NCBI GenBank assembly: GCA_965217775.1 | Contig: CBDCJH010000002.1 | Location: forward strand, 4,384,001-4,448,000 | DNA length: 64,000 nt | DNA from: Acidobacteriota bacterium | GTDB taxonomy: Bacteria; Acidobacteriota; UBA6911; RPQK01; JAJDTT01 | Direction of reading: 5' to 3' | Shown: positions 50,569-62,003 of the stretch, in pieces | How positions within the stretch are numbered: position 1 is the stretch's first letter | How the letters are laid out: each line of letters begins with the position of its first letter | Made by a program: the position numbers and the translations under genes | Notes under the pieces: model-generated | The model's input: only the letters and a program-made list of their open reading frames with translations | Told to the model about the DNA's origin: nothing | Database searches by the model: none

Positions 50569-51180
50569 GTGCTCAAGATCGGACTCACCGGAGGGATCGC
50601 CTGCGGCAAGAGCTTTGTCCTGAACGAGTTCCGCCAGTTCGGAGTCCACTGCATCGACGCCGACGAGGTGGCCCATCAGGTCATCCTTCCCGGCAAATCC
50701 GCCTACCGGGACATTGTCGAACAGTTCGGCATCCGGATCCTGGGAGATGACGACACCATCGACCGCCGGAAGCTAGGCGCCGCCGTTTTCGGGGACGAGC
50801 GGCAGCGGCAGCGGCTGAACGGCATCGTGCACCCGCGAATCCATCAGGAACTGGACCGGAGGTTGGCCCGGTTGCAGGAGGAGGCAGGGTCGGAGCCGGT
50901 TCTGGCGGTGGTGGACGCGGCTCTCATGGTGGAGACGGGGTCATACCGGAAATATGACTACGTGGTGGTGGTCTCGTGCCGGCCGCGACAGCAGTTGGAG
51001 CGACTTCTGGGGCGCGGGGGTCTGACGAGACAGGAAGCTCAGGTGAGAATCGACTCTCAGATGCCGATTGGGGAGAAGGTCCGGTTCGCCGATTTCGTTA
51101 TTGACAACAGTGGGGATCGGGACCGGACGCGGGATCGGACCCGGGAGGTGTATCGGCAACTGCTGAAACTTGCCCGGTGA
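50569..51180 (+). CDS. coaE: Dephospho-CoA kinase
   Basis: IGLTGGIACGKS, IDAD, IVHP, RIDSQMP. Confidence 0.95.
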   Translation: MLKIGLTGGIACGKSFVLNEFRQFGVHCIDADEVAHQVILPGKSAYRDIVEQFGIRILGDDDTIDRRKLGAAVFGDERQRQRLNGIVHPRIHQELDRRLARLQEEAGSEPVLAVVDAALMVETGSYRKYDYVVVVSCRPRQQLERLLGRGGLTRQEAQVRIDSQMPIGEKVRFADFVIDNSGDRDRTRDRTREVYRQLLKLAR

Positions 51181-51290
51181 GGAGCTTCTCGGAGCGGCGA
51201 CTTTCTTGTCGCCGACCAGGGGGGTCTAGGGGGGACGGAGTCCCCACTCCGCGTAGGGTCTTCCAACCGGGCGAATTGAAGAGTGGGCGA

Positions 51291-52736
51291 CTAGAAATCG
51301 CCCCTCCGGCGGGACTGTAGCCAGGTGAATCCCAGGGTGCCCCAGATCAGACCGTGTTCGGCCAGCCGGGTCCAGGTCCACCAGGCTTCCGGAAGGCTCT
51401 GGTACTCATAGTAGAAGCTGAGGTAATAGAGGCCGGCCGCGCCCGAGAGGAGGACGACGGCGGGCGTTGTCAACGCGAACCGCGGCGTCATCGGTAACAG
51501 TGCCGTCAGCACCACCGCGTACCAGGGAAAGGGCGCGGGCAGGAGGAGGAACCAGAGCAGCAGGATCCACTGGCAGACCTGGATCAGCTCGATCGTTGAC
51601 CCGCGGGACCGAAGGCGGACCCAGGGTACGGCCACGGCGACGACCAGGATCAGGATGCCGCAGGCGATCCGGGGCTGGGGGAGCAGATGTTCCAATAGGT
51701 CGAAGGCGCCTTGATTCATCCTCCAGCTTTCCGCGTAGGTTCTGAGGCCTTTGGTCAGCCGGTCCAGGCCCAGCGGGGAGAAGGGCAGGTACCCCAGCAC
51801 GATCCCTGCGAGCGACGCAGTCGCGAAGGTGAGAGCCTTCTTCCCGCCCGAGACACGCGAGACGAACCTGAAGGCGGCCGGCAACAGGAGGATGGGATAC
51901 AGTTTGGAGAGCACTCCCCCGGCCATGGCCCCGGCGGCCAACAGCCAGCGCCACCCTCCACGAAACTGAACCCGTTCCAGGCTCACTATCAGTAGCACCA
52001 CAAAAAACGCCGGCAAGATGTCTACGTGGACCGAATTGGTGACCTCTTTCAGGACCAGTGGGTTCCAGGCGTACAGGAGCACCCGGGATGGGGATGAGCC
52101 CAGCCGGGTGAGCAGCAGAATTATCAATCCGATGAGGGCCAGATCGGTCAGGGTGAAAAGGACCCGGAGACCGATCCAGTTCCATCCGCTGATCAAGCCT
52201 CCGACGGCGAACGCCGCCTGAGCCGCCGGAGGGTAGAGGGTTGGGACCTCCGCGTATCCGACGCGGGAAATCGTCTCCTGCGCCGTCGGGTCCGACACGG
52301 CCCGTTCCAGAGACTCGGGTGGCAGGAGCGGCAGCTCCAGAGCCGATTGCCGGTATGGATTCTCTCCCGCCAGCAGGACCTGCCCGTCCAACACGTACCG
52401 ATAGACGTCGTTTTCCTGAATCAATCCGGAGGGGAGCAGGAGGAAGCGGGCTACCAGGGCAGTCGCCAGAATCAGGAGAAGCGGCGCATTCCGTTCTCCT
52501 CGGCGAAGCTGAAGGTAACCCAGGAAGAATCCGGCCCAAGCGCAAGCATAGAGCAGGACGAAGGTCAGGATGGGCCGGTCGGCGTGGCCCTCGCCGTAGC
52601 GGAATTGGAAGCTGATCCAGGTCCAGGCGGCGCAAGAGAGAACAACCAGAAGGGAGGCCGCAAGCCAACCCCTCCGGCTCCAGATCGCCCTGATGACCGC
52701 TCCGGTCTCGGACGGAACGGGCCGTGGCCCCGTCAT
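51291..52736 (-). CDS. GT-C fold membrane glycosyltransferase (GT87-like)
   Basis: [23 protein letters not shown], many TM helices. Confidence 0.75.
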   Translation of the reverse strand: MTGPRPVPSETGAVIRAIWSRRGWLAASLLVVLSCAAWTWISFQFRYGEGHADRPILTFVLLYACAWAGFFLGYLQLRRGERNAPLLLILATALVARFLLLPSGLIQENDVYRYVLDGQVLLAGENPYRQSALELPLLPPESLERAVSDPTAQETISRVGYAEVPTLYPPAAQAAFAVGGLISGWNWIGLRVLFTLTDLALIGLIILLLTRLGSSPSRVLLYAWNPLVLKEVTNSVHVDILPAFFVVLLIVSLERVQFRGGWRWLLAAGAMAGGVLSKLYPILLLPAAFRFVSRVSGGKKALTFATASLAGIVLGYLPFSPLGLDRLTKGLRTYAESWRMNQGAFDLLEHLLPQPRIACGILILVVAVAVPWVRLRSRGSTIELIQVCQWILLLWFLLLPAPFPWYAVVLTALLPMTPRFALTTPAVVLLSGAAGLYYLSFYYEYQSLPEAWWTWTRLAEHGLIWGTLGFTWLQSRRRGDF

Positions 52737-55534
52737 CCAGCCAGAACCTGGCGCAGGGCCTCACCGGTATAGGATCCGGTAAACCCGGCCACGGTTTCCG
52801 GCGGACCGGTGCAGACCACGGTGCCGCCGGCTCTCCCTCCGCCGGGTCCCAGGTCGATGATCCAATCGGCGCTCTTGACCACTTCCAGGTTGTGCTCGAT
52901 GACGATCACCGTGTTCCCCACCTCCACCAGGCGGTGGAGAATTTCCAGAAGCCGCCTCACGTCCTCGAAGTGAAGGCCCGTCGTGGGCTCGTCCAGGATG
53001 TAGACGGTGTTCCCGGTTGCCCTCCGATTGAGCTCGCTGGCCAGTTTCACCCGTTGGGCCTCTCCTCCCGAAAGGGTCGTGGCCGGCTGGCCCAGCCGGA
53101 TGTATCCGAGCCCCACCTCCAACAGGGTGGTCAGACGGGACTTGATGGTGGGGATGTTCTCCAGGAGTTCGCAGGCTTCCTCCACCGTCATGCCCAGCAC
53201 GTCCGAGATGGAGAAGCCGCGGTAGCGAATCGCCCGGGTCTCCCGGTTGTACCGGGTGCCGTTGCAGCTCTCGCACACCACGTGGACGTCGGGCAGGAAG
53301 TTCATCTCGATCTTGCTCAATCCGTTGCCCCGACAGGCTTCACACCGTCCGCCCGCCACGTTGAAGCTGAAACGGCCGGGTTTGTAACCTCGGGAACGGG
53401 ACTCGGGCAGGAGGGAAAAGAGTTGCCGAATGGGAGTGAAGACGCCGGTGTAGGTGGCCGGGTTCGACCGCGGGGTGCGGCCGATGGGCGACTGGTCGAT
53501 CTCGATGACCTTGTCCACGTGCTCCAGGCCCCGGATCTCCCGATGGGGACCCGGCTCCGCAAACGAACCGTAGAGCTTCCGGCTCAGGGCCCGGTGCAGC
53601 ACTTCGCTCACCAGGGACGACTTGCCCGAGCCCGAGACGCCCGTCACCAGGACCAACCGTCCCAGCGGGAAGCTGACATCAATGTCCCGGAGGTTGTTGT
53701 GGGTCGCGCCCAGGACTTCGATGGACCGGGGCTCTCCGGTGTGGCTCCTCTGGGGAGGTTCGATCCGGCGGGTTCCCCGAAGGTACGACGCGGTCAGGGA
53801 GTCGGGGTGGCGGAGAATCTCCTGGAGGCTGCCGGCGGCCACCACCTGACCGCCGTGGCCGGCGGCGCCCGGTCCCAGGTCGACCACGAAGTCGCCGTTG
53901 CGGATGGTCTCCTCGTCGTGCTCCACGATGAGGATCGTGTTTCCCAGGTCCCGGAGTTGGCGCAGGCTGGACAACAGACTCGCCACGTCCCGCGGGTGGA
54001 GGCCCACGGAGGGTTCGTCCAGGACGTAGAGGACGCCGCGGAGCCGGGAGCCCACCTGGGTGGCCAGTCTCACCCGTTGCGCTTCCCCGCCCGAGAGCGA
54101 AGCCGCCTTCCGGTCCAGAGTCAGGTAGGAGAGGCCCACTTGCAGCAGAAACCGGACCCGGTGTTGGATCTCTTCCAGGACCGGTCCGGCGATGGACTCC
54201 TGGCGGGGGTTGAGCCGAATGGCCTCCAGAGCCGGCAGGCACTCGTCCAGCGGCAGCCGGCAGTATTCCGATATGGAGCGCCCCTGAATGCGCACCGCCC
54301 GGCTCTCGGGACGCAGCCGGCTTCCGTCGCAGGCCGGACAATCCCCCTCGACCATGAAGCTCAGGTACCGCTGTTTCCTCTTATCGCTTCCCGTGGCCCG
54401 GAGCTTTTTCTGAAACCAACGCTCCAACCCCGGGAAGCGCGCCGGATAGGTCAGTTCCCCGTAGCGGAAGAGAATCGGTTTGTCGAGACCCGAGCGCAGG
54501 GCCTTCCAGACTCGGTCGGGAACCTGCCGGAGAGGGACTTCAGGATCCAGGGAGAAGTGCTCCAGGAGGGCTCGGAGAGATTGCCGCAAGAACCGTTTGA
54601 GGTCGCGGTCGGGCAGTTCCACCGAGAGGGTATCCACGGTGGCGTCGCGGTCCGGGATCAAGCGCCTCAAATTGACTCGGAGCTGAATTCCCAACCCCTC
54701 GCATTCGGAGCAGGCGCCGAAACGGCTGTTGAAGGAGAAGCTGCGAGGCTCCAACTCCGGCATGCTGATTCCACAACGGACACACGCGGCCCGCTCCGAG
54801 AATAGGAGATCGGGTCCGCCCCAGGGAGAGAAGGCCACCAACCCGTCGGCCATCTCGACCGCGTGTTGAACCGAATTCCGGATTCGGACCCGGGATTGCT
54901 CCAGAACCTGAAGCCGGTCCACGACGACCTCGACCGTGTGGTTCTTCCTCTTGTCCAACTCGGGAGGTTCCTCCAGGTACTCCATGAACCCGTCCACCCG
55001 CGCCCGCAGGTATCCCTCCCTCCGGTACCGTTCGAACAACTTCTTGAATTCGCCCTTCCGGTCCCGGACCAACGGAGCCAGGATCATGCCCCGTTTCCTG
55101 GGCGCGTCCGCCAGGATCTGCGAGACGATCTGATCCACCGACTGCCGGGTGATGGGGCGGTCGCACCGAGGGCAACTGGGCGTGCCGATGCTGGAGAAGA
55201 GGAGCCGCAGGTAGTCGTAGACTTCGGTGATGGTTCCCACGGTGGAGCGGGGGCTCCGGGTGGTGGTCTTCTGCTCGATGGAGATGGCAGGCGACAGCCC
55301 TTCGATGGAGTCAACGTCCGGCTTCTCCATCTTCTCCAGGAACTGGCGGGCGTAGGTGGAGAGAGATTCGATGTAGCGCCGCTGTCCCTCGGCATAGAGG
55401 GTGTCGAAGGCCAAGCTCGACTTTCCCGAGCCGCTGAGGCCGGTGATGACGGTGATCCGGTTTCTGGGCAGATCCAGATCGACGTTCTTCAGGTTATGCT
55501 GCCGGGCGCCGCGAACGGAGACGTAGTCGGTCAC
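52733..55534 (-). CDS. uvrA: Excinuclease ABC subunit A
   Basis: GARQHNLKN, two Walker A motifs, LSGGEAQR twice. Confidence 0.97.
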   Translation of the reverse strand: MTDYVSVRGARQHNLKNVDLDLPRNRITVITGLSGSGKSSLAFDTLYAEGQRRYIESLSTYARQFLEKMEKPDVDSIEGLSPAISIEQKTTTRSPRSTVGTITEVYDYLRLLFSSIGTPSCPRCDRPITRQSVDQIVSQILADAPRKRGMILAPLVRDRKGEFKKLFERYRREGYLRARVDGFMEYLEEPPELDKRKNHTVEVVVDRLQVLEQSRVRIRNSVQHAVEMADGLVAFSPWGGPDLLFSERAACVRCGISMPELEPRSFSFNSRFGACSECEGLGIQLRVNLRRLIPDRDATVDTLSVELPDRDLKRFLRQSLRALLEHFSLDPEVPLRQVPDRVWKALRSGLDKPILFRYGELTYPARFPGLERWFQKKLRATGSDKRKQRYLSFMVEGDCPACDGSRLRPESRAVRIQGRSISEYCRLPLDECLPALEAIRLNPRQESIAGPVLEEIQHRVRFLLQVGLSYLTLDRKAASLSGGEAQRVRLATQVGSRLRGVLYVLDEPSVGLHPRDVASLLSSLRQLRDLGNTILIVEHDEETIRNGDFVVDLGPGAAGHGGQVVAAGSLQEILRHPDSLTASYLRGTRRIEPPQRSHTGEPRSIEVLGATHNNLRDIDVSFPLGRLVLVTGVSGSGKSSLVSEVLHRALSRKLYGSFAEPGPHREIRGLEHVDKVIEIDQSPIGRTPRSNPATYTGVFTPIRQLFSLLPESRSRGYKPGRFSFNVAGGRCEACRGNGLSKIEMNFLPDVHVVCESCNGTRYNRETRAIRYRGFSISDVLGMTVEEACELLENIPTIKSRLTTLLEVGLGYIRLGQPATTLSGGEAQRVKLASELNRRATGNTVYILDEPTTGLHFEDVRRLLEILHRLVEVGNTVIVIEHNLEVVKSADWIIDLGPGGGRAGGTVVCTGPPETVAGFTGSYTGEALRQVLAG

Positions 55535-55672
55535 GGTTTATGTAGGGGCGCCCCTTGTGGGCGCCCTCCTTCGTCCATTGAAGAGCGGTGGCTATCCGGT
55601 CGTCCCTTCGCCCATGTTCGCCTGTTCGATTGGCGCCTGGGGAGGTCGGCGGCTGGAAACCGCCGCTCCTGG

Positions 55673-57109
55673 TCACGGCAGCCGCAGGCGATAGGTCCGG
55701 AGCTGGCCTCCCCGAAGATAATGCAGAATCAGAAATCCATCCACCCCCGTCTGGGAGGTCCTGTGCAGATCGACCGCAGATGCTACGGGCTGGCCATTGA
55801 CCCGGATCAGGATATCTCCGCTACGGAGACCTGCCCGGTACCCGATGCCTTCGATCCCCACCGATTTTACCCGGAGTCCTCTCTCGATCGGTCCCGAGGC
55901 CCCAACCATTCCCTCCGGCACCCAGGGATCGACGGCCAGTCCCAGACCGCGTGGAATCGGCACCAGCACCCGCTGTAGAAACAACTCCTCGATCAGACGG
56001 CCGCCGGCGACGGCGGGCAACTCCAATCGCCAAGCGAGATGCGAATGCAGAGGGGGTCTCGGAGCCAAGGTGGCCTCGACTTGCCGGGTGACGCCTCCCC
56101 GCCGGACCACCAGATCCAGCCGCGATCCGGGCTCCCTTCGGCGGATGGCCTCCAGAAGACCCTCCAGCGACGGAGCTTGCCGCTCCGCTACTTTCAACAC
56201 CACGTCCCCCGACTGGAGTCCGGCCTGCGCCGCCGGGCTCCCGGGCTCGATGCCGTCGATCTGCGGCCCGCCTCCGCCCGCTCTCACGTAGACTCCCAAC
56301 CAACCCGAACGGACGTGACCGTTTCGGGACACCACCTGCCGCGTGGACTGTTGCACCATCGACCAGGGGAGAACCCGGCAGCTCAGGCTCCGCCCCAGCG
56401 GATGCCGGCTCACGCGAGTCACCAGCCCCAGGACCCGTTGGTCGAGATCCAGCAGGAATCCACCCTCCCAGAGGTCCGCCTCGTGGGGCACTTCCCGAGG
56501 CCTCAACAGGACCGTCCTCTCGGGGACCGCCTGCCCCGTTTCCCAGCGGAGAATCTTGCAGGAGAGGACGTTCCAACCAGACTCTCCAACGTAGGCCATG
56601 CGCACCTGGTTCGGGTTGGCTGCTGTCGGCGCGGGCTGAACCGGCCGAAATGGACCGGCGTGTTCCAGAACCGCCAGACTCATCCGTTCGTTCACTCCCA
56701 CCAGCCGAAGTGGAGTTGGGTCCGCCTCTCCCGGTCTCAGAACGATCTCCACGGCAGGATGGTCGAGATCGATGCCGTGGCTGCCCAGATAGGAAACGAT
56801 GTGTCCGGAGTCGAGATAGGCACCTTCCAGGAGGACCGTCTCGTGCACCTGCACCTGGGGCAGCATTCCGTCCTGGAAGACGACGCCGTGGAATCGACGT
56901 CCCATGGAGAGCCGGACCATGGAATCCTGGACCGATTCGGATGGTGCGGCCTCGGCAGCGGCAGAACTGGCCAACGCCAGCACTACCAGCACCGTTGCCA
57001 TCACGGCAGCCGGAGAAAGGGTCAGGCGTTTCAAGAGATTCAGGAGTCTGGTGTCGCCGAATAAGTTGGAGGCCATGAGATCGAAGCGAACCACAAGCAT
57101 CCACGAACA
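55673..57109 (-). CDS. PDZ-domain protein with degenerate trypsin-like domain
   Basis: GWLGV...GSPAAQAGLQSGDVV and a second PDZ. Start codon uncertain. Confidence 0.65.
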   Translation of the reverse strand, partial: CSWMLVVRFDLMASNLFGDTRLLNLLKRLTLSPAAVMATVLVVLALASSAAAEAAPSESVQDSMVRLSMGRRFHGVVFQDGMLPQVQVHETVLLEGAYLDSGHIVSYLGSHGIDLDHPAVEIVLRPGEADPTPLRLVGVNERMSLAVLEHAGPFRPVQPAPTAANPNQVRMAYVGESGWNVLSCKILRWETGQAVPERTVLLRPREVPHEADLWEGGFLLDLDQRVLGLVTRVSRHPLGRSLSCRVLPWSMVQQSTRQVVSRNGHVRSGWLGVYVRAGGGGPQIDGIEPGSPAAQAGLQSGDVVLKVAERQAPSLEGLLEAIRRREPGSRLDLVVRRGGVTRQVEATLAPRPPLHSHLAWRLELPAVAGGRLIEELFLQRVLVPIPRGLGLAVDPWVPEGMVGASGPIERGLRVKSVGIEGIGYRAGLRSGDILIRVNGQPVASAVDLHRTSQTGVDGFLILHYLRGGQLRTYRLRLP

Positions 57110-57153
57110 CCAATTCCTCACCGGGGGAACGATGAGGAACTCGGGTCGGACTC

Positions 57154-57708
57154 CTAGTGGCTGACCCGTTGCCAGTAGAGCCCGTGATGCAGATCGCTGG
57201 TGCGTACCTCGACGGTGCGGGGCACCCGCACCAGAACCGGTGTTCCGGAAGAGTCTTCCACGCGGAGCTCGATATAGGAGGAGGACACCGGCTGGTCTTC
57301 CTTGACCCAACGATGAAGGTCTTCTCGCTGGAAACGGTTCCGGACCCGATCCCGGGATCTCTCCGACCGCCGCGACTCCACGACCTCGCCTTCACCGGCG
57401 CTGGAAAGCTCCGCCGTTTCGGTCGGAACCAAGGCTCCGCTGGTCATGAACAGCATCACCGAAGCCAGCCCCCCCAGCAGGAGGCGTGCCAAATCACCGC
57501 TGGACATGGAGCTTCCCGCGATCTTGCGGTAGAAGTCCGGCGGCGCTTTCACCCCCTGTCTGAGTGAGCGATTCATTTTCTCCAGGACCGCAAGATCCTC
57601 ATACAGTCCGCGGCAACCGGAGCACTCATGAAGGTGAGCCAAGACCCTGGCTTCCTGGACGTTCGTCCCCTCGTCCAGCAGCTTTTCCTCGATCTCCCGG
57701 CAGTTCAT
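57154..57708 (-). CDS. Zinc-finger anti-sigma factor
   Basis: HLHECSGC (HxxxCxxC) and a TM helix. Confidence 0.8.
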   Translation of the reverse strand: MNCREIEEKLLDEGTNVQEARVLAHLHECSGCRGLYEDLAVLEKMNRSLRQGVKAPPDFYRKIAGSSMSSGDLARLLLGGLASVMLFMTSGALVPTETAELSSAGEGEVVESRRSERSRDRVRNRFQREDLHRWVKEDQPVSSSYIELRVEDSSGTPVLVRVPRTVEVRTSDLHHGLYWQRVSH

Positions 57709-58289
57709 AGAAACCTGGAAAGCTTGTCTCGAAGCAGCCGCTTGGCCCGGTGGAGCCTCGACTTGACGGTCCCCACCGAAAGGTTCAACACGGTCCCCGT
57801 TTCCTGCAGCGACAGCTCCTGGACCTCCTTGAGAACGAAGACCAGGCGATAGCGCGGGGGCAACGAGTCGATGGCGGTACGCAGCAACCGAGCCTTCTCC
57901 TTGCTGCCCAGATTGGCTTCGGGTGAAGGCCGGCCGTCGCTGACCTGGAGTTCCATTTCTCCCTGTTCGGAGTTACCGAAGAGCCGCTGGGTCAGAAAGA
58001 AACCCCGGCGCTTTCTCCGCCGCATCTCGTCCAGGGTGAGGTTGGTGGCAATCTTGTAGATCCAGGTCGAGAACCGGTATTTGCCCTTGTACCGGTGAGC
58101 ATGGCGGAAGACCCGGATGAAAGTTTCCTGCGAGATGTCCACCGCCTGATCGTAGTCGCGGATGAGATTGTAGATGTAATTGACTAGCCGGTCCTGGTAG
58201 CGGTCTACCAGGATCTGAAAAGCGTATTCATCGCCCTTCAGATAGGCGACGATGAGGGCGTTATCGGCAAATGTCAGAGTGGTGGTCAA
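57705..58289 (-). CDS. ECF sigma factor (RpoE/SigW-like)
   Basis: QETFIRV, FSTWIYKIATN, GTVKSRLHRA. Confidence 0.92.
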   Translation of the reverse strand: MTTTLTFADNALIVAYLKGDEYAFQILVDRYQDRLVNYIYNLIRDYDQAVDISQETFIRVFRHAHRYKGKYRFSTWIYKIATNLTLDEMRRRKRRGFFLTQRLFGNSEQGEMELQVSDGRPSPEANLGSKEKARLLRTAIDSLPPRYRLVFVLKEVQELSLQETGTVLNLSVGTVKSRLHRAKRLLRDKLSRFL

Positions 58290-58531
58290 TTTTTCAACCT
58301 CCCTTTCTAACTAAGACGGCAAAATAGGCCGATTTGTTCCAACTAAATTCGTTTCGAGTTGAATTCTTGCTTTTTAGGGGTTCCCCCAATAGGAGGGGCG
58401 ACTTGGAAGGGCGACTTGCCAACCGCGCCTGTGGCGATGCGTCCGCTCGCTGGTCGGTGGATTGGTACACTGGAGTTCGGCGGCAAGAAAGCCGCCGGTC
58501 CCAGTGGGCGACAAGAATGTCGCCCCTCCTG

Positions 58532-61126
58532 TCACTTGGCCTCGTACCAGGATCGCCCCGTGGCCATGTCCACCTTCAGCGGGACCTGCAGGGAAGCCAC
58601 CCCTTCCATGTTTTCCCGGACCAGTTCCCGAACTTCGTCCATCTCCGCTTCCAGCACCTCCACCACCAGTTCGTCGTGCACCTGCAGGATGAGCCGGCTG
58701 GAGAGCCCTCTTCGGGAAAAGGACCGGTGGGTGGAGACCATGGCCATCTTGATCAGATCCGCGGCCGTGCCCTGGATGGGGGCGTTGATGGCGGTCCGCT
58801 CGCCGAAGCTCCTGAGGTTCCAGTTCTTGCTCTTCAGTTCCGGAATCTGGCGGATACGACCGAAAAGGGTTCGTACGTAGCCCGTCTCGTAGGCCTCGGC
58901 GAGCGTCGCTTCCGACCAGAGCTTGACGCCCTGGTAACGCTGGAAGTACTCGTCGATGAGACGCTTGGCCTCCCACCGTCCGATCTCCAGATTCCGGGCC
59001 AGGCCGAAGGGGCTGACCCCGTAGAGGATCCCGAAATTGATGATCTTGGCGTAGCGGCGACGTTCCCGGGGACTCAGATCGGTGCGCTCCCCCAGGACTT
59101 CGGCGGCCGTCCGATCGTGGATGTCCTCTCCCTGGCGGAAAGCCTCAACCAGGACGGGATCCTCGGACAGGTGGGCCATGACTCGAAGCTCGATCTGGGA
59201 GTAGTCGGCCGCCAGCAGCCGATACCCCTCTTCGGCCACGAAGGCTCGCCGGATCTGCCGGCCCAGGTCGGTCTTGATGGGGATGTTCTGGAGGTTGGGG
59301 TCGCTGGAAGAGAGGCGCCCCGTCGCCGCCACCATCTGGTTGTAGGAGGTATGGATCCTGCTCGAATCGGAATCGACCAGCCCGGGCAGCGCGTCCAGGT
59401 AGGTATTCTTCAGCTTCGTCTGTTCCCGGTACTCGAGGATGCGTCCGGCGATCTCGTGCTCGCTGGCCAGCCGCTGCAGCACCTCGACTCCAGTGGAGTA
59501 GTGCTTCGCCTTGGGCGTCTTCTTGGGTGGAGGGAGTCCCAGCTTCTCGAACAGAATCGTCCCCAACTGCTTGGGCGAGTTGAGGTTGAACTTCTCGCCG
59601 GCCAGTTCGGTGATGCGGTCCGCCAGGACCTGGATCTCCCGGCCCATCTGGCGGGACATGTCCTGGAGCATTTCGCGGTTCACTTTCACGCCGGCCGCCT
59701 CCATGTCGGCCAGCACCCGCACCAGGGGAATCTCCACGTCGACGAGCAGATCCTCCAACCCGTGGGTCCTCACCTCCGCCTCCAGCACGCGGAAGAGCCG
59801 AAGGGTCAGGTCGGCCGACCGGGCCAGCAGCTCCTCCTCGTCCGGGAAGAGGCCCGCTTCGGACTCGCTCAGCCGGGTCTGGAGACGCTGGGTCGCCAGA
59901 CGCTTCAAAGAGAAGTCGTTCTGGTTGGGAGTCAACAGATAGGCCATGAGCCGGGTATCGGCGAACTCGGACGTCAACTGCCATCCCCGGGTCCGAGCCA
60001 GCATGAGCAAGGGCTTCAAATCGTGAATGATCCACCGTTTGGGCCGATTCAGGAGGGAGAGGAGGCGGTTGGAGCCTCCCTCCAGCAGATCCCCAACCAG
60101 GTGGATCCCATGACCCTGGCCCGTCGAGACACCGACGCCCCGGACCGGCGCCGTCCCTTTGTTGCCGGGAAGCAGCGCCAGGGCGGCCTCGGCGCCCTCC
60201 AGCCGCGTCAGAAGGTTGTCGAACTGCGAGACGCTCTCGAACCGCTCGTATTCGCCGCCGGCCGTCTCCGGTTCCGGCAGGAACTCCTCCAGCAAGCGGG
60301 TAAAGTTCAGCTCCAGAAAGAGCTTCCGGGCCTCGACCGGATCCGGGTCCGCGATCCTGAGGGTCTCCAGGTCCAGATCCAGGGGAATCCGGTCGTACAT
60401 GGTCACGAGCTCGCGGCTCTGCCGGACCACGGCTTCGTTCTGCTGGAGACTCTCCCGATAGGTCTTGCGCCGGACCTCGTCCCTGTGGACCAGCAGATTG
60501 TCCAGATCCCCGTAGTTCCGGAGCAGGAGCACGGCGCCTTTCTGGCCGATTCCCTTGGCCCCCGGGATGTTGTCGGAGGTGTCGCCGACCAGGCTCAGGA
60601 AGTCGCCCAACTGGTGGGGTCCGACTCCGAACTTCTTCTCCACCTTGGCCGCGTCGAATCGGGTCATGGTCCGGGTATCGAGAATGGTCACGCCCGAATC
60701 CACGATCTGGAACAGGTCCTTGTCGACGGTGACGATGACCACCTCCAGCCCGGTTTCGCCCGCCTGCCGGGTGACGGTAGCGATGATGTCGTCCGCCTCG
60801 TATCCCGGGTGGGAGAGCATGGGCACTCGAAAGACCCGGCACACCCGATGGAGATAGGGGATCTGCCGTGACAGGTCTTCCGGCATGGGGGGCCGGGTCG
60901 CCTTGTAGTCGGGAAACTGCTCGTGCCGAACCGTGGGACCGGGAAGATCCATGGCCACGGCCAGATAGTCCGGCCTCTCTTCCTCGACCAGCTTGCGCAG
61001 CATGCTGGTGAACCCGAAGACGGCGCCGGTGGGAAGCCCCTCCCGGTTGGTCAACCTCCGAATGGCGTAGTAGGCCCGGTAGAACTGGGACATGCCGTCG
61101 ATGAGGTAAAGGCGAGGAGCCGGCAC
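58532..61126 (-). CDS. polA: DNA polymerase I
   Basis: 5'-3' exonuclease (EADD, GDTSDNIPG), DYSQIELR, QVHDEL. Confidence 0.97.
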   Translation of the reverse strand: MPAPRLYLIDGMSQFYRAYYAIRRLTNREGLPTGAVFGFTSMLRKLVEEERPDYLAVAMDLPGPTVRHEQFPDYKATRPPMPEDLSRQIPYLHRVCRVFRVPMLSHPGYEADDIIATVTRQAGETGLEVVIVTVDKDLFQIVDSGVTILDTRTMTRFDAAKVEKKFGVGPHQLGDFLSLVGDTSDNIPGAKGIGQKGAVLLLRNYGDLDNLLVHRDEVRRKTYRESLQQNEAVVRQSRELVTMYDRIPLDLDLETLRIADPDPVEARKLFLELNFTRLLEEFLPEPETAGGEYERFESVSQFDNLLTRLEGAEAALALLPGNKGTAPVRGVGVSTGQGHGIHLVGDLLEGGSNRLLSLLNRPKRWIIHDLKPLLMLARTRGWQLTSEFADTRLMAYLLTPNQNDFSLKRLATQRLQTRLSESEAGLFPDEEELLARSADLTLRLFRVLEAEVRTHGLEDLLVDVEIPLVRVLADMEAAGVKVNREMLQDMSRQMGREIQVLADRITELAGEKFNLNSPKQLGTILFEKLGLPPPKKTPKAKHYSTGVEVLQRLASEHEIAGRILEYREQTKLKNTYLDALPGLVDSDSSRIHTSYNQMVAATGRLSSSDPNLQNIPIKTDLGRQIRRAFVAEEGYRLLAADYSQIELRVMAHLSEDPVLVEAFRQGEDIHDRTAAEVLGERTDLSPRERRRYAKIINFGILYGVSPFGLARNLEIGRWEAKRLIDEYFQRYQGVKLWSEATLAEAYETGYVRTLFGRIRQIPELKSKNWNLRSFGERTAINAPIQGTAADLIKMAMVSTHRSFSRRGLSSRLILQVHDELVVEVLEAEMDEVRELVRENMEGVASLQVPLKVDMATGRSWYEAK

Positions 61127-61266
61127 AATCTCTTGATCTTATCAGTCCAGGGTAAGGGTGGTCGCGTCACCCCGCGCGGCATCCCGGTAGTCCGTAGCGA
61201 AGGCCGGCCACGAGGGCCGCCCCTACGATGCAACGATTGTTGCTAGGCAACGGTTCGTCGCATACG

Positions 61267-61998
61267 ATGGATTCCATGTCCGCGCTGGCTTGCGTCAATG
61301 CGATCTGGCGGGTCCCACTCATTTTGTCTCTCACCGCCATCATGGCGTCGCTGAGCCTGATTCTGTCAGTGGCCGACGAAGGGGGGAAACGGCAGAGTTG
61401 GTGTGCGCGATCCTGGAGTCGGATGATCCTGGGAATCGCACGGGTTCAGGTGCAGGTTCGAGGGTTGGAAAACCTGGACCCCGGGGACGCTTACGTCTTC
61501 GCCGCCAACCATCTGAGCATGTTCGACATCTTTGCTTTTCTGGGCCGCATCCCCTTCGACTTCAGGTTCGTGGCCAAGGCTTCCCTGTTCCATTGGCCGT
61601 TTGTGGGCTGGCATCTGAAGCGGGCCGGTTACATCCGTGTGGATCTGCGGCGCCCCCGGGCGACGTTGCGGGCTTTCCGGGCCGCGGGCAGCCAGATCCG
61701 TTCCGGCGTCTCCATGGTCATCTTTCCCGAGGGGACGCGGACCTGGGGCAAAAGGGTCGCTCCCTTCAAACGGGGAAGCTTCCTGCTGGCGCGCCAGACG
61801 GGTGCCTCCATCGTCCCCGTGACCATCGTGGGATCCCACCGCCGTCTGCCCCGGGGATCGGTGTTGATCCAACCGGGGAAGATGGAGATCATCATCCACG
61901 AGCCGATCCCAAGAGACAGTTACCGCAAACTGAAGCTCGACGTCCTGGCCGGACAGGTCCGGCGGACCATCGTCGAGAGCTACCGGCAGGTCGGGTGA
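61267..61998 (+). CDS. plsC: 1-acyl-sn-glycerol-3-phosphate acyltransferase
   Basis: NHLSMFD, FPEGTR. Confidence 0.88.
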   Translation: MDSMSALACVNAIWRVPLILSLTAIMASLSLILSVADEGGKRQSWCARSWSRMILGIARVQVQVRGLENLDPGDAYVFAANHLSMFDIFAFLGRIPFDFRFVAKASLFHWPFVGWHLKRAGYIRVDLRRPRATLRAFRAAGSQIRSGVSMVIFPEGTRTWGKRVAPFKRGSFLLARQTGASIVPVTIVGSHRRLPRGSVLIQPGKMEIIIHEPIPRDSYRKLKLDVLAGQVRRTIVESYRQVG

Positions 61999-62003
61999 GA
62001 AGA

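Noticed and set aside
52724-60871. Long + strand ORFs 52724-54805 and 58334-60871
   Set aside because: Antisense shadows of uvrA and polA in high-GC DNA.
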